Notes: generated by a model from the sequence alone, not told the origin. 64,000 bases of DNA from Mobula birostris (GCF_030028105.1 NC_092379.1:27769821-27833820); one strand, 5' to 3'. Positions 1 to 13,585 are shown, numbered from the stretch's first letter. Numbers and translations are program-made.

Positions 1-170
1 TCAGCAGGTAGACGATGGCATCCTCAACTCCTAGTCGAGGCTGGTAGGCGAGCTGGAGGGGATCTAAGTGTGGCCTGACCACAGGCCGGAGCAGCTCCAA
101 AACAAGTTTCTCCAGGGTCCTCATGATGTGGGAGGTCAACGCCACCGATCTGTAGTTATTGCGGCCGTCT
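1..170 (-). mobile_element. Rex1/Babar-type LINE reverse transcriptase fragment
   Basis: The minus strand translates as NNYRSVALTSHIMRTLEKLVLELLRPVVRPHLDPLQLAYQPRLGVEDAIVYLL, a typical Rex1/Babar RT N-terminal block. Confidence 0.75.
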
Positions 171-399
171 TCCCAGTCCTGGAAAATTTATTTGCATGTC
201 TTCATGAAATCTATCCATTTTTAGCCCGTGTTTTCTTACGATCTTTCCTTCCTTTGTCGTCAATGCATTAGAGTTCTGTATTGTAGATATAATGTGGGAA
301 CATCCGTATGTACTGGCCATTTCCATTCCTGTAAAAGTTGCAATTGCACTTGACTTGAATCTACCACAGGTCTTAGGACCTGGAGCTCAGTACCGATGA

Positions 400-2330
400 A
401 GTTCCATAATGTGGAAACATACATTGTCTCTACCATACCATGTCTCTACCATAACTTATATCAGCCCTTTCCACATACCCAGCACCCTTATTGAGCAAAA
501 AGCTGCCCCTCACATCCGCTTTAAATTCTCGCCTTGCCTCAGCTTAAATATACCCTCCAGTTTATACTGTCCAACTGTGCGAAAATGGCTCTAAAACGTC
601 ACCTCTCTACTCCTAATCGCAAGGAAAAATGTGCCAGATTATTCAGTCTCTCGTTGTTGAAGCCTTCATTTTCCCTAACACCCGGTGAATCTCTTCACCA
701 GTGCATCACACCTTCTTGCAGTGTCACATCATACTTGTGCACGATGTTCCAACGTTGAGCCAACCAATCATTCATGGTTACCTTGAAAATTGTTGTTTTT
801 TTTTTGTTGTTTTTGTTTTCTCCGGCTAATGGTCGTAAGTCACCTATCGGCCTTCTTCACAACCTACTACCTTTAGTTATCTCTGCATTTGTACATCCAA
901 GTCCTTATATTCCTCAGTACTCCGTCAGGCTCCGCAATTCATGGTATGTCCTAACGTTATTTCACTCTCCATAATGAACTAACTCACAGTTAAGAAGATT
1001 AAATTAAATATGCTCATGTCATGCCCAAGTTACCATCTAATCCATATCGCTTGGTATGGCATCTTTCCCCAACATTACAAAAAAAAAGGTGTCACCTGCA
1101 AGCATATAAATCAGGACCCTCCTGCAGTTAATATACAATTTGTTTATATAGATGGCAAACGACAATAGACCCAGCAACATTTGCTGTACTTTGTCACTGG
1201 TCACAAAAGGCTTCCTCTAACATAACTCGTTATCTCATGTTAGTGAACCTGTTCTGGGACTGGCAGCTCTGATTGTTTGGCCCAGAAGTTTATTTCGGAC
1301 CTAATCAAAGGCTTTAATAAGTCCATGTAAAGCAAATCATCATCACTGCCTTCAACGGCATGTTTAGTTACTTTATGTTCTCCCTTGCCTGATGTTGGAC
1401 ATATTGGCGAATGATCTCCTCATTTGTTTCTGTTTGCAGTTCTGAGTAATTATCCCGCACTTATTATCTTCCAGCCACCTGCGTCCTCACTTGAGTCTAG
1501 TCAATATTTTAATATTTCAGTCTAGTGTTGATAGAATCCCAGCTCTGGCCTCTGCTGATTTCCAAGACAGCCTACGATATATGTCCTGGCGATGTATGCA
1601 CCAACATCCCTGTTAAGACATCTAATTCATTCTACCTTTAAATCCTTATATTCTGCAGAATTTCATTTTCGTAATCTAAATCCCCAATAGCAATATCTTT
1701 CTATTCGCAGCACAGAAAACAGCACTGCTCATTTTACAACCTGTCCTTTTCCCCAGGCTTGACACAACGGTTAACAATTTAATCCCTCATCTGCCCGACG
1801 CAGTCCCTGGTTGTGTATTGTCATTCCATGTAGATAGGAAATGTCAACATTCTTATAATATTTCTCGATGTTTTCCTTAAAGGTAGCTGCCACTGACATT
1901 TTGTGAATCGAAGTAGCTGTCCAAATTTCATTCGGTAAACACTCTCCACATGAAATCCATTACTCATCAGCAAACATGTTATTATTTAAATAAAATTCTA
2001 AATGCCCATTGATATCCAATTTTCCCTGTACTAGTCATTGCTACCTTGCCACTTGGCGGGCATACGGTGACCTCGAATTCTCACTACCTCATTCTGGAAC
2101 GACTCCCATTTACCTACAGCTTCCGTCTCCATTTCGTATTTACCAGGTCCTGTCCAACGATAACGAAATAGCCTTATGTTAAAGACTCTCGATTCCCCCT
2201 TTCCAGAACGACTTTTCAATTTCCGAAGTTTACTAACTTTGTCGAAGTTTCTTGTCCAGCGCCAGAGTACGCATGTTCCGACTCTCTACACAGCCTGATC
2301 AATGAAAATCAGTTTCTTCAAGAAATACTA
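400..2330 (-). mobile_element. Heavily degraded LINE relics (CR1-like 3' piece at about 410-620)
   Basis: The reverse complement of 410-620 resembles the CR1 3' region seen in better copies in this window (gcggatgtgaggggcagctttttg...). The rest has no long ORF and its boundaries are uncertain. Confidence 0.3.
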
Positions 2331-2350
2331 TTTTCATCGAAATAGCCTTT

Positions 2351-4631
2351 TGTTGCCCTTAAGGCATTTATTTGACTTTGTTGGGTCTACGTTTTAAATG
2401 AGCTGTTTGTAACTTTTTTTCTAGTTAAAGTTAAAGGTTGATAATTAAGTTACAGTTTAACAAAGGTAAATTCATTGTCTATAGTCTATCGCGGCACTTG
2501 ATGACGCCATCTTCGGTTTCGCCGCGTCTTATGTGTAAACTCCGTTTCGGAGAAGGTGTAATCTTGGGTGCCATGCGTGCAGCATGATCGTGAAGAGCTC
2601 CGTGTCCACCCACAAACAAAAAAAAAAAAAAAAAAAAAACTATATAGAAGCAACGCCGTAAGTTCCTAAGAAAGTACTTGGAGTAAGAAATATTAACGCG
2701 GTTTCTGTTAAGCCAGGCACGGTTCGGGTGGCGCGCGTGTCGGCTTTTCAAATTCAATTGGATGGTTTGCATCCCAGAGTGCTTAAGGAAGTAGCCCAAG
2801 AAATAGTGGATGCATTAGTGATAATTTTTCAAAACTCGTTAGATTCTGGACTAGTTCCTGAGGATTGGAGGGTGGCTAATGTAACTCCACTTTTTAAAAA
2901 AGGAGGGAGAGAGAAACCGGGGAATTATAGACCGGTTAGCCTAATGTCGGTGGTGGGGAACTGCTGGAGTCAGTTATCAAGGATGTGATAACAACACATT
3001 TGGAAAGCGGTGAAATGATCGGACAAAGTCAGCATGGATTTGTGAAAAGAAAACCATGTCTGACGAATCTCATAGAATGTAACTAGTAGAGTGGATAGGG
3101 AATTTTTGAGAATGTAACTAGTAGAGTGGATATGGGAGAACCAGTGGATGTGGTATATTTGGATTTTCAAAAGACTGTTGGCAAGGTCCCACACAGGAGA
3201 TTAGTGTGCAAATTTAAAGCACATGGTATTGGGGGTAAGGTATTGGTGTGGGTGGACAATTGGTTAGCAGACAGGAAGCAAAGTGTGGGAATAAACGGGA
3301 CCTTTTCAGAATGGCAGGCGGTGACTAGTGGGGTACCGCAAGGCTCAGTGCTGGGACCCCAGTTGTTTACAATATATATTAATGACTTGGATGAGGGAAT
3401 TAATTGCAGCATCTCCAAGTTTGCGGATGAAACAAACCTGGGTGGCAGTGTTAGCTGTGAGGAGGATGCTAAGAGGATGCAGGGTGACTTGGATAGGTTG
3501 GGTGAGTGGGCAAGTTCATGGCAGATGCAATTTAATGTGGATAAATGTGAAATTATCCACTTTGGTGGCAAAAATAGGAAAACAGATTATTATCTGAATG
3601 GTGGCCGATTAGGAAAAGGGGAGGTGCAACGAGACCTAGGTGTCATTATACACCAGTCATTGAAAGTGGGCATGCAGGTACAGCAGGCGGTGAAAAATGC
3701 GAATGGTATGCTGGCATTTATAGCGAGAGGATTCGAGTAGAGGAGCAGGGAGGTACTACTGCAGTTGTACAAGGCCTTGGTGAGACCACACCTGGAGTAT
3801 TGTGTGCAGTTATGGTCCTCTAATCTGAGGAAAGACATCCTTGCCATAGAGGGAGTACAAAGAAGGTTCACCAGATTGATTCCTGGGATGGCAGGACTTT
3901 CATATGAAGAAAGACTGGATGAACTGGGCCTGTACTCGTTGGAATTTAGAAGATTGATGGGGTATCTGATTGAAACGTATAAGATCCTAAAGGGATTGGA
4001 CAGGCTGGATGCAGGAAGATTGTTCCCGATGTTGGGGAAGTCCAGAACGAGGGGCCACAGTTTGAGGATAGAGGGGAAGCCTTTTAGGACCGAGATTAGG
4101 AAAAACTTCTTCACACAGAGAGTGGTGAAATGTGGAATTCTCTGCCACAGGAAACAGTTGAGGCCAGTTCATTGGCTATATTTAAGAGGGAGGTAGATAT
4201 GGCCCTTGTGGCTACGGGGGCCAGGGGGTATGGAGGGAAGGCTGTGGCGGGGTTCTGAGTTGGATGATCAGCCATGATCATCATAAATGGCGGTGCAGGC
4301 TCGAAGGGCCGAATGGCCTAATCCTGCACCTATTTTCTATGTTTCTATGTTTCTAAACGTGGGGTGGACTCGGACCCTGCGCTGGTTTGACGGGACCCCT
4401 TCACCCGCTAATCGGGGCGGCTGGAGTCACTCGCTAAAAGAAGAGAGCGCTGGTGGTCTCCAGAATGAAACAGACGCTGTATATGTTTGCGTTTTGTTAT
4501 CAACAGCAGCACCATACGATGCTAATGTGGAAGAGTGAACAGTAAATAGTTAACCTTACTACGACTCTGTCTTCATTGGCAACGGTTTAACTTGGTGTTT
4601 AGTCAGAGTTTCAACACACTGCACGAGAACA
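2351..4631 (+). repeat. 5' LTR of the BEL/Pao element, split by a CR1 insertion (2351-2743 plus about 4390-4631)
   Basis: Both pieces align in order to the uninterrupted 3' LTR at 7367-7982. Confidence 0.8.
2744..4355 (+). mobile_element. 5'-truncated CR1 LINE (RT and C-terminus, frameshifted)
   Basis: ORFs 2728-2988, 3126-3740 (YLDFQKTVGKVPH, SGVPQGSVLGP, FADET) and 3765-4196. It ends in a (TTTCTATG)n tail at about 4333-4355. Confidence 0.9.
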
Positions 4632-7366
4632 CCAGTGAAAAGGTGGAATCATTCGGTGTTTCGACAAGTGGTACGATGGCTTCGCGATCAAACGTCAAGT
4701 CGCTTGCATTAAGCGCCAATAGTAGTAGGACATTGACAAGTGAGGCTGTGCTAGCAAGAGCTAAAGCAGAAGCGGCCAAGGTGCGAGTGTCTTACGCTAA
4801 CCAAGAAGCAAAACTGAAAATAGAAAACCTGCCAGAGAAGCGGAAAACCAGTTGGAAAAGGCAATGATAGGTACAGAGTTAGAAGTACTGACGTTACAAC
4901 GAGAAACTGATGCGGCCGCGGTGGAAGCACAAGTGTTGGAAAACGCTGAAGAAATGCACGTTCTAGACGAAGCAGGAAAATCTATGTCGGAAAGGGCCAA
5001 ATTGACAGGCACCAGCGAATATGTCCAATCTCAAATTGGCCTGCAGATTCATTCTCCCTCTTCATACTTGCTTGTTGGCATCCCATCTCAAGTGATATCA
5101 CAGGGATGCTTCGTTGGATCTCGTCCACCTGGGGAAGACAATTCACAATTGTATCCTTGACACAAACTCAAGTATGAAAGGGCTGACTACGAATACTTCT
5201 CGACATCAAATTTACCAGATGCGGCGAGATCAGAGACAAAGGCTGAAGTCAGAACATCAAATCACATGATCAACGTACATGCTCAGTCATATGTTCCTCA
5301 ACATAATCCGTCAGCTAGCACGCCACCTGCAGCAGAACCCTTGGCACAGTATTTAGTGCGCGAGATTCAGGACTGTACCAGTTTGACGATAAGCCTGATA
5401 ATTAACGTGCTTGGTACTCCTCATTTACCAGTTCCACCGGCGGATTCCAGCTCACAGCAAGTCAAGAGTTGGACCTTATGACTAAATAGCTGGGAAAGGA
5501 ATCAAGTGAACAGGTGCAACGCACAGGCTCAGTCTACATTAACAACCCAAAGCTAGTCTCACACAAAGCATGGGAGAGACTTCGGGACTGCTGTGCGGCC
5601 CCTGAAATTATTGATAGGGCGCTATTTCAACGCTATTTCCCATTGTGTCAGCAGAAGAACGCACTAAATTATGAGAACTCGGCGACTTACTCATGAAGAT
5701 TCAAGATGCTGAAGAAAAAGGATATTTAACTGACCTGTCGGATCTGGATACCTCACGCGGAGTTGAACCAATTGTGGACAAGCTTCCATTTGGACTGCAG
5801 GTAAAATTGGTGTCTGTTGGCTCAGATTACAAGAAAGAGAACAGTGGTCGATTCCCTTCCTTTGACTATTTTAGTAGGTTTGTATGCAAAGGGGCGAAGA
5901 GGCGAAAGGACCCTAGCTTCATGAATCAAGGCAGCACCGCAACACACACCAACCCAGTCAAACCCTTTTCGAACAATTTTGTCACCAATAAACCCGTCTC
6001 AGTGCATAAAACCGAAGTCTCCGCAATCAACGATGACCCTAGCAAGAATTGTCCGTTGCACACCAAAATCCATCCCCTCAAAATGCAGAATATTTAGACA
6101 GAAACCCTTTGATGAAAGAAAGGCCCTTCGCAAGGAAAAAATAATCTGTTTAAGTGCTGTTCCTCTACCTCCCACCTCGCTAAAGAGAGTACGTTCCTCG
6201 TAAAGTGCTTTGAATGTAACAGCACTAATCACGATGGAGCCATGCATCCCGGCCCGTCACAGCAAGATGCCAATGTTCCTCTGCTCCCACAAGAGGATGG
6301 CGGGGCGGGAAAGCATCAGTCTGATACAACTATTGTCAGCTCGAGCTGCACAGAAGCTTGCAGTCCAGGTCAGTCGAGCCGTTCGTGATCAAAGTCCTGC
6401 CTCACTAAGGTATCCCCTAAGGGAGCCAAAGACAAGGCCTTCAAGGTCTGTGTAATTCTGGACGACCACAGGAATCGCCCACAAGTGAGACCAGAGATCT
6501 TGGAGTTGTTCAGCGTAAAGGGTAATCCATTTCCATACTACCTCAGAACTTGCTCTGGCATCGCAGAAACATATGGCAGGAAGGCAGAAGGCTACCAGCT
6601 CGAGTCGCTGGATGGGAAAGTCGTCATCAGTCTCCTTCCACTCTTAGAGTGCAATGACATCTTAACTAACAGATTCGAGATTCCGACGCCAAGCGCCGTG
6701 CTACAGCAGCCCCATCTCCATGACAATGCCAAGAATATCCAGAACTGGATCCGGAAGCTGAAATACTCCTGCTACTCGAAGAGACATTCTTAGCGTGCAC
6801 AAAGTCAGGCAGCAGGTCAATAGACAACAGAAAGCTCCCTTCGCCCAACGCCTGGATCTGGGCTGGGCAGTGATAGGAGAGGCGTTCCCTGGCAAAGTAC
6901 ACAAACGGACAGTTAACACGCTCAAGACTAACTTTCTAGAGAGTGGCCGCCATTCAATTTCTCAGCTCTCCACAGGTGTTACGTGTATCAAGGAAGCACA
7001 ACAAAGACCCAAGCATAGTAAAGTAATTGAGAAGACACTGGGATAGTCAGTTTTCGCTCAAACTATGCACGATAATAAACTTGCTCCATCTGTGGAAAAC
7101 GCCAACTCCTTAAAAATAATGAACACAAAGGTCTTTAGAGACGAAACGAACAAATGGGTCGCCCCACTACCAATCAGAGTACAATGCCAGCGCTTGCCAA
7201 ACAACAAAGAGCAGGAAGTCAACCGGTTCACATCTTTACAACGAACACTGAATAGGAAACCTGAGACCAGTTACAGAGGTCGTTCTACTTCTACCTAAAG
7301 ACTGATCTAGAGACTAAAGTTTTATACCATGTTTATATTGACCTGACAAAGGTCAGGTGGGGTGTG

Positions 7367-7982
7367 TGTTGCCCTTATGGCATTTATTTCACTTCGTTGG
7401 GTCTACGTTTTAAATAATCTGCTTGTAACTATTTTCCTGGTAAAGTTAAAGGTTGATCATTAATTTACAGTTTAACAAAGGTGAATTCATTGTCGAAGGT
7501 ATAGTGAGGCATGTGATGACGTCACCTCCGGTTTCGCCGCGTCTTCTGCGTAACCTCCGGTTCGGAGAAGGTGTAAAGGTGGTGCCATGCGTGCAGAATG
7601 TCCGTGAAGAGCTCCATGTCTACCCATAAAAAAATATATATATATAGCAACTCCGTAAGTTCCTAATAAAGTATTTGAAATAAAAATATCAATGCGGTTT
7701 CTATTAGCGGAGCGGCGGTTCGGGTGGCGCGCGTGTCGGGAACCCGTCGCCCCGTACTCGGGGCGGCTGGAGACACTCGCTAAAAGGCGATAACGCGGGT
7801 GTTCTCCAGTATGAAACAGACGCTGTGTATGTTTGTATTTTTTTTTTTCATCAATAGTTTTCAACATTCAATGTTAATGTGGAAGAGTGAACAGTAAGTG
7901 GTTAGCCTTACTACGACTCTGTCCTCATTTGCTCCAGTTTAACTTGGCGTTTAGTCAGATTTCAACACACTGCACGAAAACA
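7367..7982 (+). repeat. 3' LTR of the BEL/Pao element
   Basis: About 616 bp, TG...CA termini, direct repeat of the split 5' LTR. Confidence 0.8.
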
Positions 7983-9082
7983 CTATTAAGCCCGCATCAC
8001 ACATATGTATTTGTCTCTGATATTCAGCACAAGTGTCAACATGTTTGCCAAAGTTAAAGGCAATCTGTCTGATATCCAATCCACTTTACTTTTCAGCAAA
8101 TCGGGGTAGAGGCACACCAATCTGCTTGTCAAAGTATCTGATGTAGAACATTTGTGTAACACCAGCAATTTGTTGTGAACGCAGCCGTCGGGAAAGCACG
8201 CCATACTCTATTCTTCTCCATACGAGTTGAGAAGTTAGATTTTTCTCCATAGATGCTAGCCACTCTTTCTGACACAACGTAACCTATACAAGTGTATCAG
8301 AACTTGGTTTTGGAATTGTACTACCCATGATCGCAGAAATTGCAGGGAATTATGCATCGAATACTACGTTAGAATTAGATGCAAACATTTATTAAAACCT
8401 ACCAATAATTACGATCTGCATATCTGAGGTAAATCAAGCAGCTTTGTCATTGAAACAAAACTCTATATTAATATTTGTGTCAAGGAGTAGATCTGTTCGG
8501 AACAATGCATACTTCTGCTATACAGGTATGTATTCATCATGTGTTGCATCGAGCGAAAAAAAAACGTGCAATTGGCCAACGTGCAAAACAAAAAAAAAAA
8601 AAAAAAAAAAGGAAAGTTGAGTTTCGAAATTGTGCGGGCAAAATAGGAGTCAGAAAGAAAGATGCAAGCAGTAATCATATTTCAACAGGCAGACTATTTT
8701 CTTTGCCCTGGTGATTTCTTCTGCATAGTGCTGAGCTTCACCCATCATGGACCAGGAATGATTTCTTCCATAACAAGTCTCAAGAAGCGGACGTGTTGTC
8801 TTTGACGGGGATTCTTAATCTGGAGTCCACGCACCGCTCCGTTTATGTTAGTGGCAATAAAACGCTTGGGGCCGCCAGCCCTGGAAGTACATAAGCAATG
8901 TAATTTCTGTGGAAGTAGGCGGAGCGCGAGGTGAGAGGATGTGCTCTCATTGGCGTGCTTGTCATTTCCTGTCCGTTGTATCAAAACACCATGCCGATGA
9001 ACAGTGCAATGAGAACATTCTGAAATCTGGCGACAGCTTTTTGGCAGGGGAGAAGTCAACCAGTCGGTCTTTTATAGGCAAA

Positions 9083-9523
9083 ATGCGCATGTTCATCATC
9101 TTGATTACGTGCGGTACATGGTTAAATGGTAAATGTGCTGCGGATTATTCATCAGCTTTCTCAGCGTGACTTCTGAAAGTCGGTAATCTAATGGCTTATC
9201 TGACGTTATGTTTCAGGTCCTTGTCATGGAGATTTTGTCAATCAAAGGATGTCCCCAACAGTGAACACCGAAGAAGAGGTTGTGACATTTACCTGCACCT
9301 ATTATACTACTTCGTCCTACTATTATTTATATTGGTTCAGGGTAAGCTCGGATCAAAGACTCGTATACATACTAAGAAAATATTCAGAAGGATCCGAAGA
9401 TAAAGCCAAATTTACCCAGAGTCGTTTTAATGTAATTCTTCAAACAGAAAGAAAATTCACAATTTTGACCATATCATCACTGCAACTCAGCGACTCTGCC
9501 GTTTATTATTGTGCCCTAAAAAA
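9083..9523 (+). CDS. TRAV/DV: TCR alpha/delta-type V gene segment, apparently functional (leader 9083-9128, V exon 9217-9523)
   Basis: Leader MRMFIILITCGTWLN-G with GT donor at 9129 and tttcAG acceptor at 9215-9216. The phase-1 splice gives an open frame GPCHGDFVNQ...VVTFTC...YYYLYWFR...FTILTISSLQLSDSAVYYCALK with the conserved Cys, Trp and YYC. A 23-RSS follows. Confidence 0.93.
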
Positions 9524-9562
9524 CACAGTGATGTATTCTAGTTAAGTCTTCATACAAAAAAT
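9524..9562 (+). promoter_or_regulatory. Recombination signal sequence (23-RSS)
   Basis: CACAGTG (9524-9530), 23-nt spacer, ACAAAAAAT (9554-9562). Confidence 0.92.
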
Positions 9563-11139
9563 CGCATTCTGTATAACCTGTTCCCTCCCCCCCCACCCCC
9601 GCCTGTGCTGGATATATCTGCAGCCTCTGTCTTTAATGTGGTTTCCCACCTTCAAGAGAACCTGCTCCAGTTCACTCACTTTCTTTCCGCTTCGTTGGCC
9701 AAGTTTCCTCTGTGGTGTAACTGCACCGAAGTTTACAAAGTTGCACTGAGTACGTTGGCCTTTCACAGTGTGTGACGAATATAGGCAATGGCATTTTAAA
9801 CCGGCAGTATTCGGTTGTCTGTGTGTGTGTGTGTGTGTGTGTGTTTGTGCGTTTGACTGATGAATGACTTCTTTGTGGAAGATCGGGAATTCGTTGGGAG
9901 CAGAGATTCGTGATTCGTGCCAGCTCCGGCTGTTATGGTTTATCCCCCTAACTGTTCTGGCCTGGTGTGGATGGTATGTTCCCTCTCACTAATGTACATG
10001 GGACAAACCCCCATCAACAGGGAAGGTGAGATCCGTCCTGATGGCAATGGCCGGTTTCCGGCATCTGTCAATATACATCTTAAAGAAGAGTACATCTGCC
10101 GACACTGGAAATCCAAGCTGCCCACACAAAATGTTTGCGGGTCTCAGCAGGTAAGGCAGCTTCTATCAGAAAGTGTAAGCAATCGACATTCCGGGATGAG
10201 AACCGTCGTCGGGACTGAAGAATACGAAGGGTGACTCGGCCCAGTGTGTCGACTGCTGGCTGTTTTCCATAGATGCTTCTTGCGGTGCGGAGTTCCCCCA
10301 GCATTCTGTGTGCTGTTTTGTTAAAATATGTATATTATGGCATTTATGTATGGGCAAGTGATGGTGATGTTTCGACAGTTTTGACCACTCGGTGTAAAGC
10401 ATTTCTGATCCCCGTAGTGCTTTTTTCTGGACCATGCAGTGGCGCAGAATATTACTGTGATCTCTACTGTGCATCTCTACATATCCGTGAATATTGATAC
10501 ACACAATCCACTCTGTGAAGTATTTTCAGAAAATGGATTTGTTGTCATCCTTTCCATTTTATTTACGTTGCCTTCTGGGACAAAAGCAGTTTGTGCGAGA
10601 TGAGCACACCCAGCTATTTGAAATCGTTCGCTGTTTACACTGCTGCGTGCCTATATGAAGTAGTAATGCTGCAAGCATTGCGCTTTGTCCTGAAGTCAAT
10701 AGCCATCGACATTGCCCAGTTAACCTTGAGGAAGACGTTATTTCCCTGGCATCATCACTGAAGCTCTTCCACTACGTCTCTGTAGGCCGTTTTAAGGTTG
10801 TTGATTATGAGTCCACCATTGCTGTTTCATCAGCAAATTTGACAACGTGATTACGAGAGACTTTAGCGATGCAGTAACTTGTGAATTGATTGTACAATAG
10901 GCTCAATACACAAATCTTCGGGAACCCTTAAGGCCATAACTCCATAAGACTTAGGATGGGTATTACACCTTTTAGCCCATTGAGTCTGCTCCGCCATTGC
11001 GTTATAGTTTATCCCGAAACCGAAACAACTCCATACAACTGATCTCTCCTTTGATGCCCAGACCGGTGAGAAAGTGATCAAGGTTCGCCTTAGATATAGC
11101 CACAGACTTCGGTGGCAGAGACTTCTGTTCACTACTCTC

Positions 11140-11990
11140 TGGCTATAAAAGACAAAATACTTCTTACCTCTGATCTAAATGGTCGTCCCTCAAATTATAG
11201 TCTACTCCTTCTAGTTCTTAATCCCCCACAGCATGAAAAAAAGCTCCCCATATCTACGCTATCTAGTCCTTTCAGAATTCGATAGATCGCCACTTATTAT
11301 TTCAAATTCCAGTGAGCCTCTACAGAAACATAGAAACATAGAGACCTACAGCACAATACAGATCCTTCGGCCCACAAAGCTGTTCATACCTTGGAACTAC
11401 CTGGGCTTCACCCGTTGTCCTCAAGTTTTTCTAAGCATGTAGCCACCCAGGTGTCTCTTAAAGTCTCTGTCGTTTCCGCCTCCACCTCCGCTACCGGCAG
11501 CCCACTGCACGCACTCACCACTTTCTGAGTCATAACTTACCGTGACATCTCATCTGTACCTATTTCCAAGCAGCTTAAAATTATGCACTTCGTGCTAGCC
11601 ATTTCAGTCCTGGGTAAACGCCTCTGACTATCCACATAATCAATGTCTCTCATTATCTTCTGCACGTCTATCGGGCCACCTCTCATCCTCCGTCGTTCCA
11701 AGGAGAAAGGTCAGAGTTCACTCAACTTATTCTCGTACGGCATACTCCCCAATCCAGGCGACATCCTTGCAGACCTCCTCTGTACCCTTTCGATGGCTGC
11801 CACCTCCTTCCTGGGGTAGTGAGTCCACTGGACACTCTGCAAGGACAAAACATCCTTTCTGAGATATGGGGCCGGAAACTGCTGACAGTGTCCGTGCGGC
11901 CTGACTCGTGTCTTATCAAGGCTGCACGTTATCCCCTCGGTTTTAGATTTTATTCGTCTTGAATCAAATGCAAACATTGTATTTACCTTC
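11140..11990 (-). mobile_element. Degraded CR1-type LINE fragments
   Basis: ORF 11711-11977 (LRKDVLSLQSVQ...IERVQRRSARMSPGL) matches the CR1 C-terminal region of other copies. Confidence 0.6.
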
Positions 11991-13585
11991 TTTGCAGAGA
12001 GCCAACCATTAAGTGCTCATTAAGTTCATCTACCATTTTTATACCCCTTCACTTCCAGCATCTTTTCTAGGGCTCCAATATCAACTCTCACCTCCCTTTG
12101 CGTCTTTATATTATTATTATTATTATTTGTTTAAAGAAAAGTTATCATATTTTATACTATTGGCTATTTTGCCCCCAATTTACATATTTTCCCTGCTTAT
12201 ACCTTCTTTAGTTGCCTTTTTTTTGGCGGGGAGGAATTTTAAAAGTCTCTCAATCATTTAACTTTAAGTCTTCTTTCTATGCGTTATCCTCGACTTTCAC
12301 GCAGTCCTTAACTTCCCTCGTCATCCACGTTTGCCTGCCGCTAACATTTGAGAAATTCGGTGTCTGTGCGATATATCTATCCTGCGCTTTGTAACTATTC
12401 CCACAAACCTGTTGAGTGTGAAATCCGTGTGTGGGTGTAGGGGTGCGGGTGGGTTTGGGTGTTATGGGGTGTATGAGGGCTTGTACCTTCTGATCACCTG
12501 TTGTCTATTGGTTAGTAGATACAATGCCCAGTAGCTAGAAGTGTATTTTTGTTTACTCAGGTCTATTGGGACACAGATTTCAGTATCAAACTGAAATCGA
12601 GAAACAACATTGTGACATGTGCCCTTGTTTTCTACATGATTCATGGACAGGTTGATGCTATATGCTATGGCATCTGCAGTAGAGAGGTACTGTCGCTATG
12701 CCTTTTCAGTGAATGCCAATTGTGGCACTAATAGAATTTCTGATATGCGCCATTTCCGACTTTCACAGTAGTTCCTAATGTTTTGCCTTCGTACTATTAG
12801 AGTGTCGTTGGTTAATTTGAAGGTATAGAACATTTTGTAACAAGAATTATAGTGGTTCATCGGAAGCCTGGATGATGAAGTCTTCAATAATTACGTGAAA
12901 TCGTTAGTGAGCAAGTGTACGCACTCCCTGAGTACTCCGCCTGGGATGTGTTCTGCGCTCTGTCTCATAAAGTGCGCAGGGTTGGGGGTGGGGTGTTGAG
13001 TATCTCTCTGCACAGTGCTTCTGAGCTTCTGTTAGTGTTATAACCATCAATCCCGATTTTTCGTGAGGTGTACACCCCTGCGTTAGCCGGGACCCCTGGA
13101 TCAACTGTGAGCTGACGTTCATGAGATACCAGATTGTGCATACTTCTATGTAGCTTGTGACAAATCAAATATATTCAACTATTTTCTGTCCTCTCTTGTT
13201 GTGGCAGCCTTCTTGACCATCTGCTAGTTAGTACGTTCAAAGCAAAAGCATTTTTGTTGCAGTGTTATTTCTGACCATGAGATGATATTTCTCGTATTTT
13301 GCATTGCTGGCGTGTTCTCTGGAGAGGAAGCGTCCTTTGGTTAGCGAATCCTGCAACTCTAGCAGTCACTTTTTCCCTTGTATGGTGCGATCCCCAGACA
13401 GCACGTGGTAGAGACGGACACGAAACTGTCGGTGACACTTAATGTACGTCTTTCTGTATTTCGGCGAAACAACTGACACTTTCTTCAGCATTTTGCAGAC
13501 GGAAGTGCAGATGGTGAGAATAAAGCAACTTACTTGGTGTTTCCGGCAATAGACACAATGTTAAAATAAATCGAACCAGACGCTC

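Larger units (their letters stand above)
2351..7982 (+). mobile_element. BEL/Pao LTR retrotransposon, defective, with an internal deletion
   Basis: Paired LTRs both start TGTTGCCCTT (2351, 7367) and end ...cactgcacga(g/a)aaca (4631, 7982). A purine-rich tract (aggtggggtg) precedes the 3' LTR. Fragmented gag/pro ORFs at 4592-7298 carry BEL-like motifs LDLGWAVIG, DETNKWVAPLP and LPNNKEQ, plus an integrase C-terminus PVTEVVLLLPKD*. Confidence 0.85.

Noticed and set aside
7986-8204. Minus-strand ORF ending LTLVLNIRDKYICVMRA, V-like
   Set aside because: The Cys-to-Cys distance is too short, there is no Trp motif, and no RSS is found on either side of the adjacent BEL element.
10273-10536. GAEYYCDLYCAS and a weak CACTCTG-12-AGAAAATGG
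   Set aside because: No FR1/FR2 landmarks or leader, and the RSS match is at chance level.
12560-13017. Plus-strand V-like bits (IVTC, EYSAWDVFCALS) and CACAGTG at 13011
   Set aside because: The span is too long for a V exon, and there is no nonamer at 12 or 23 nt.
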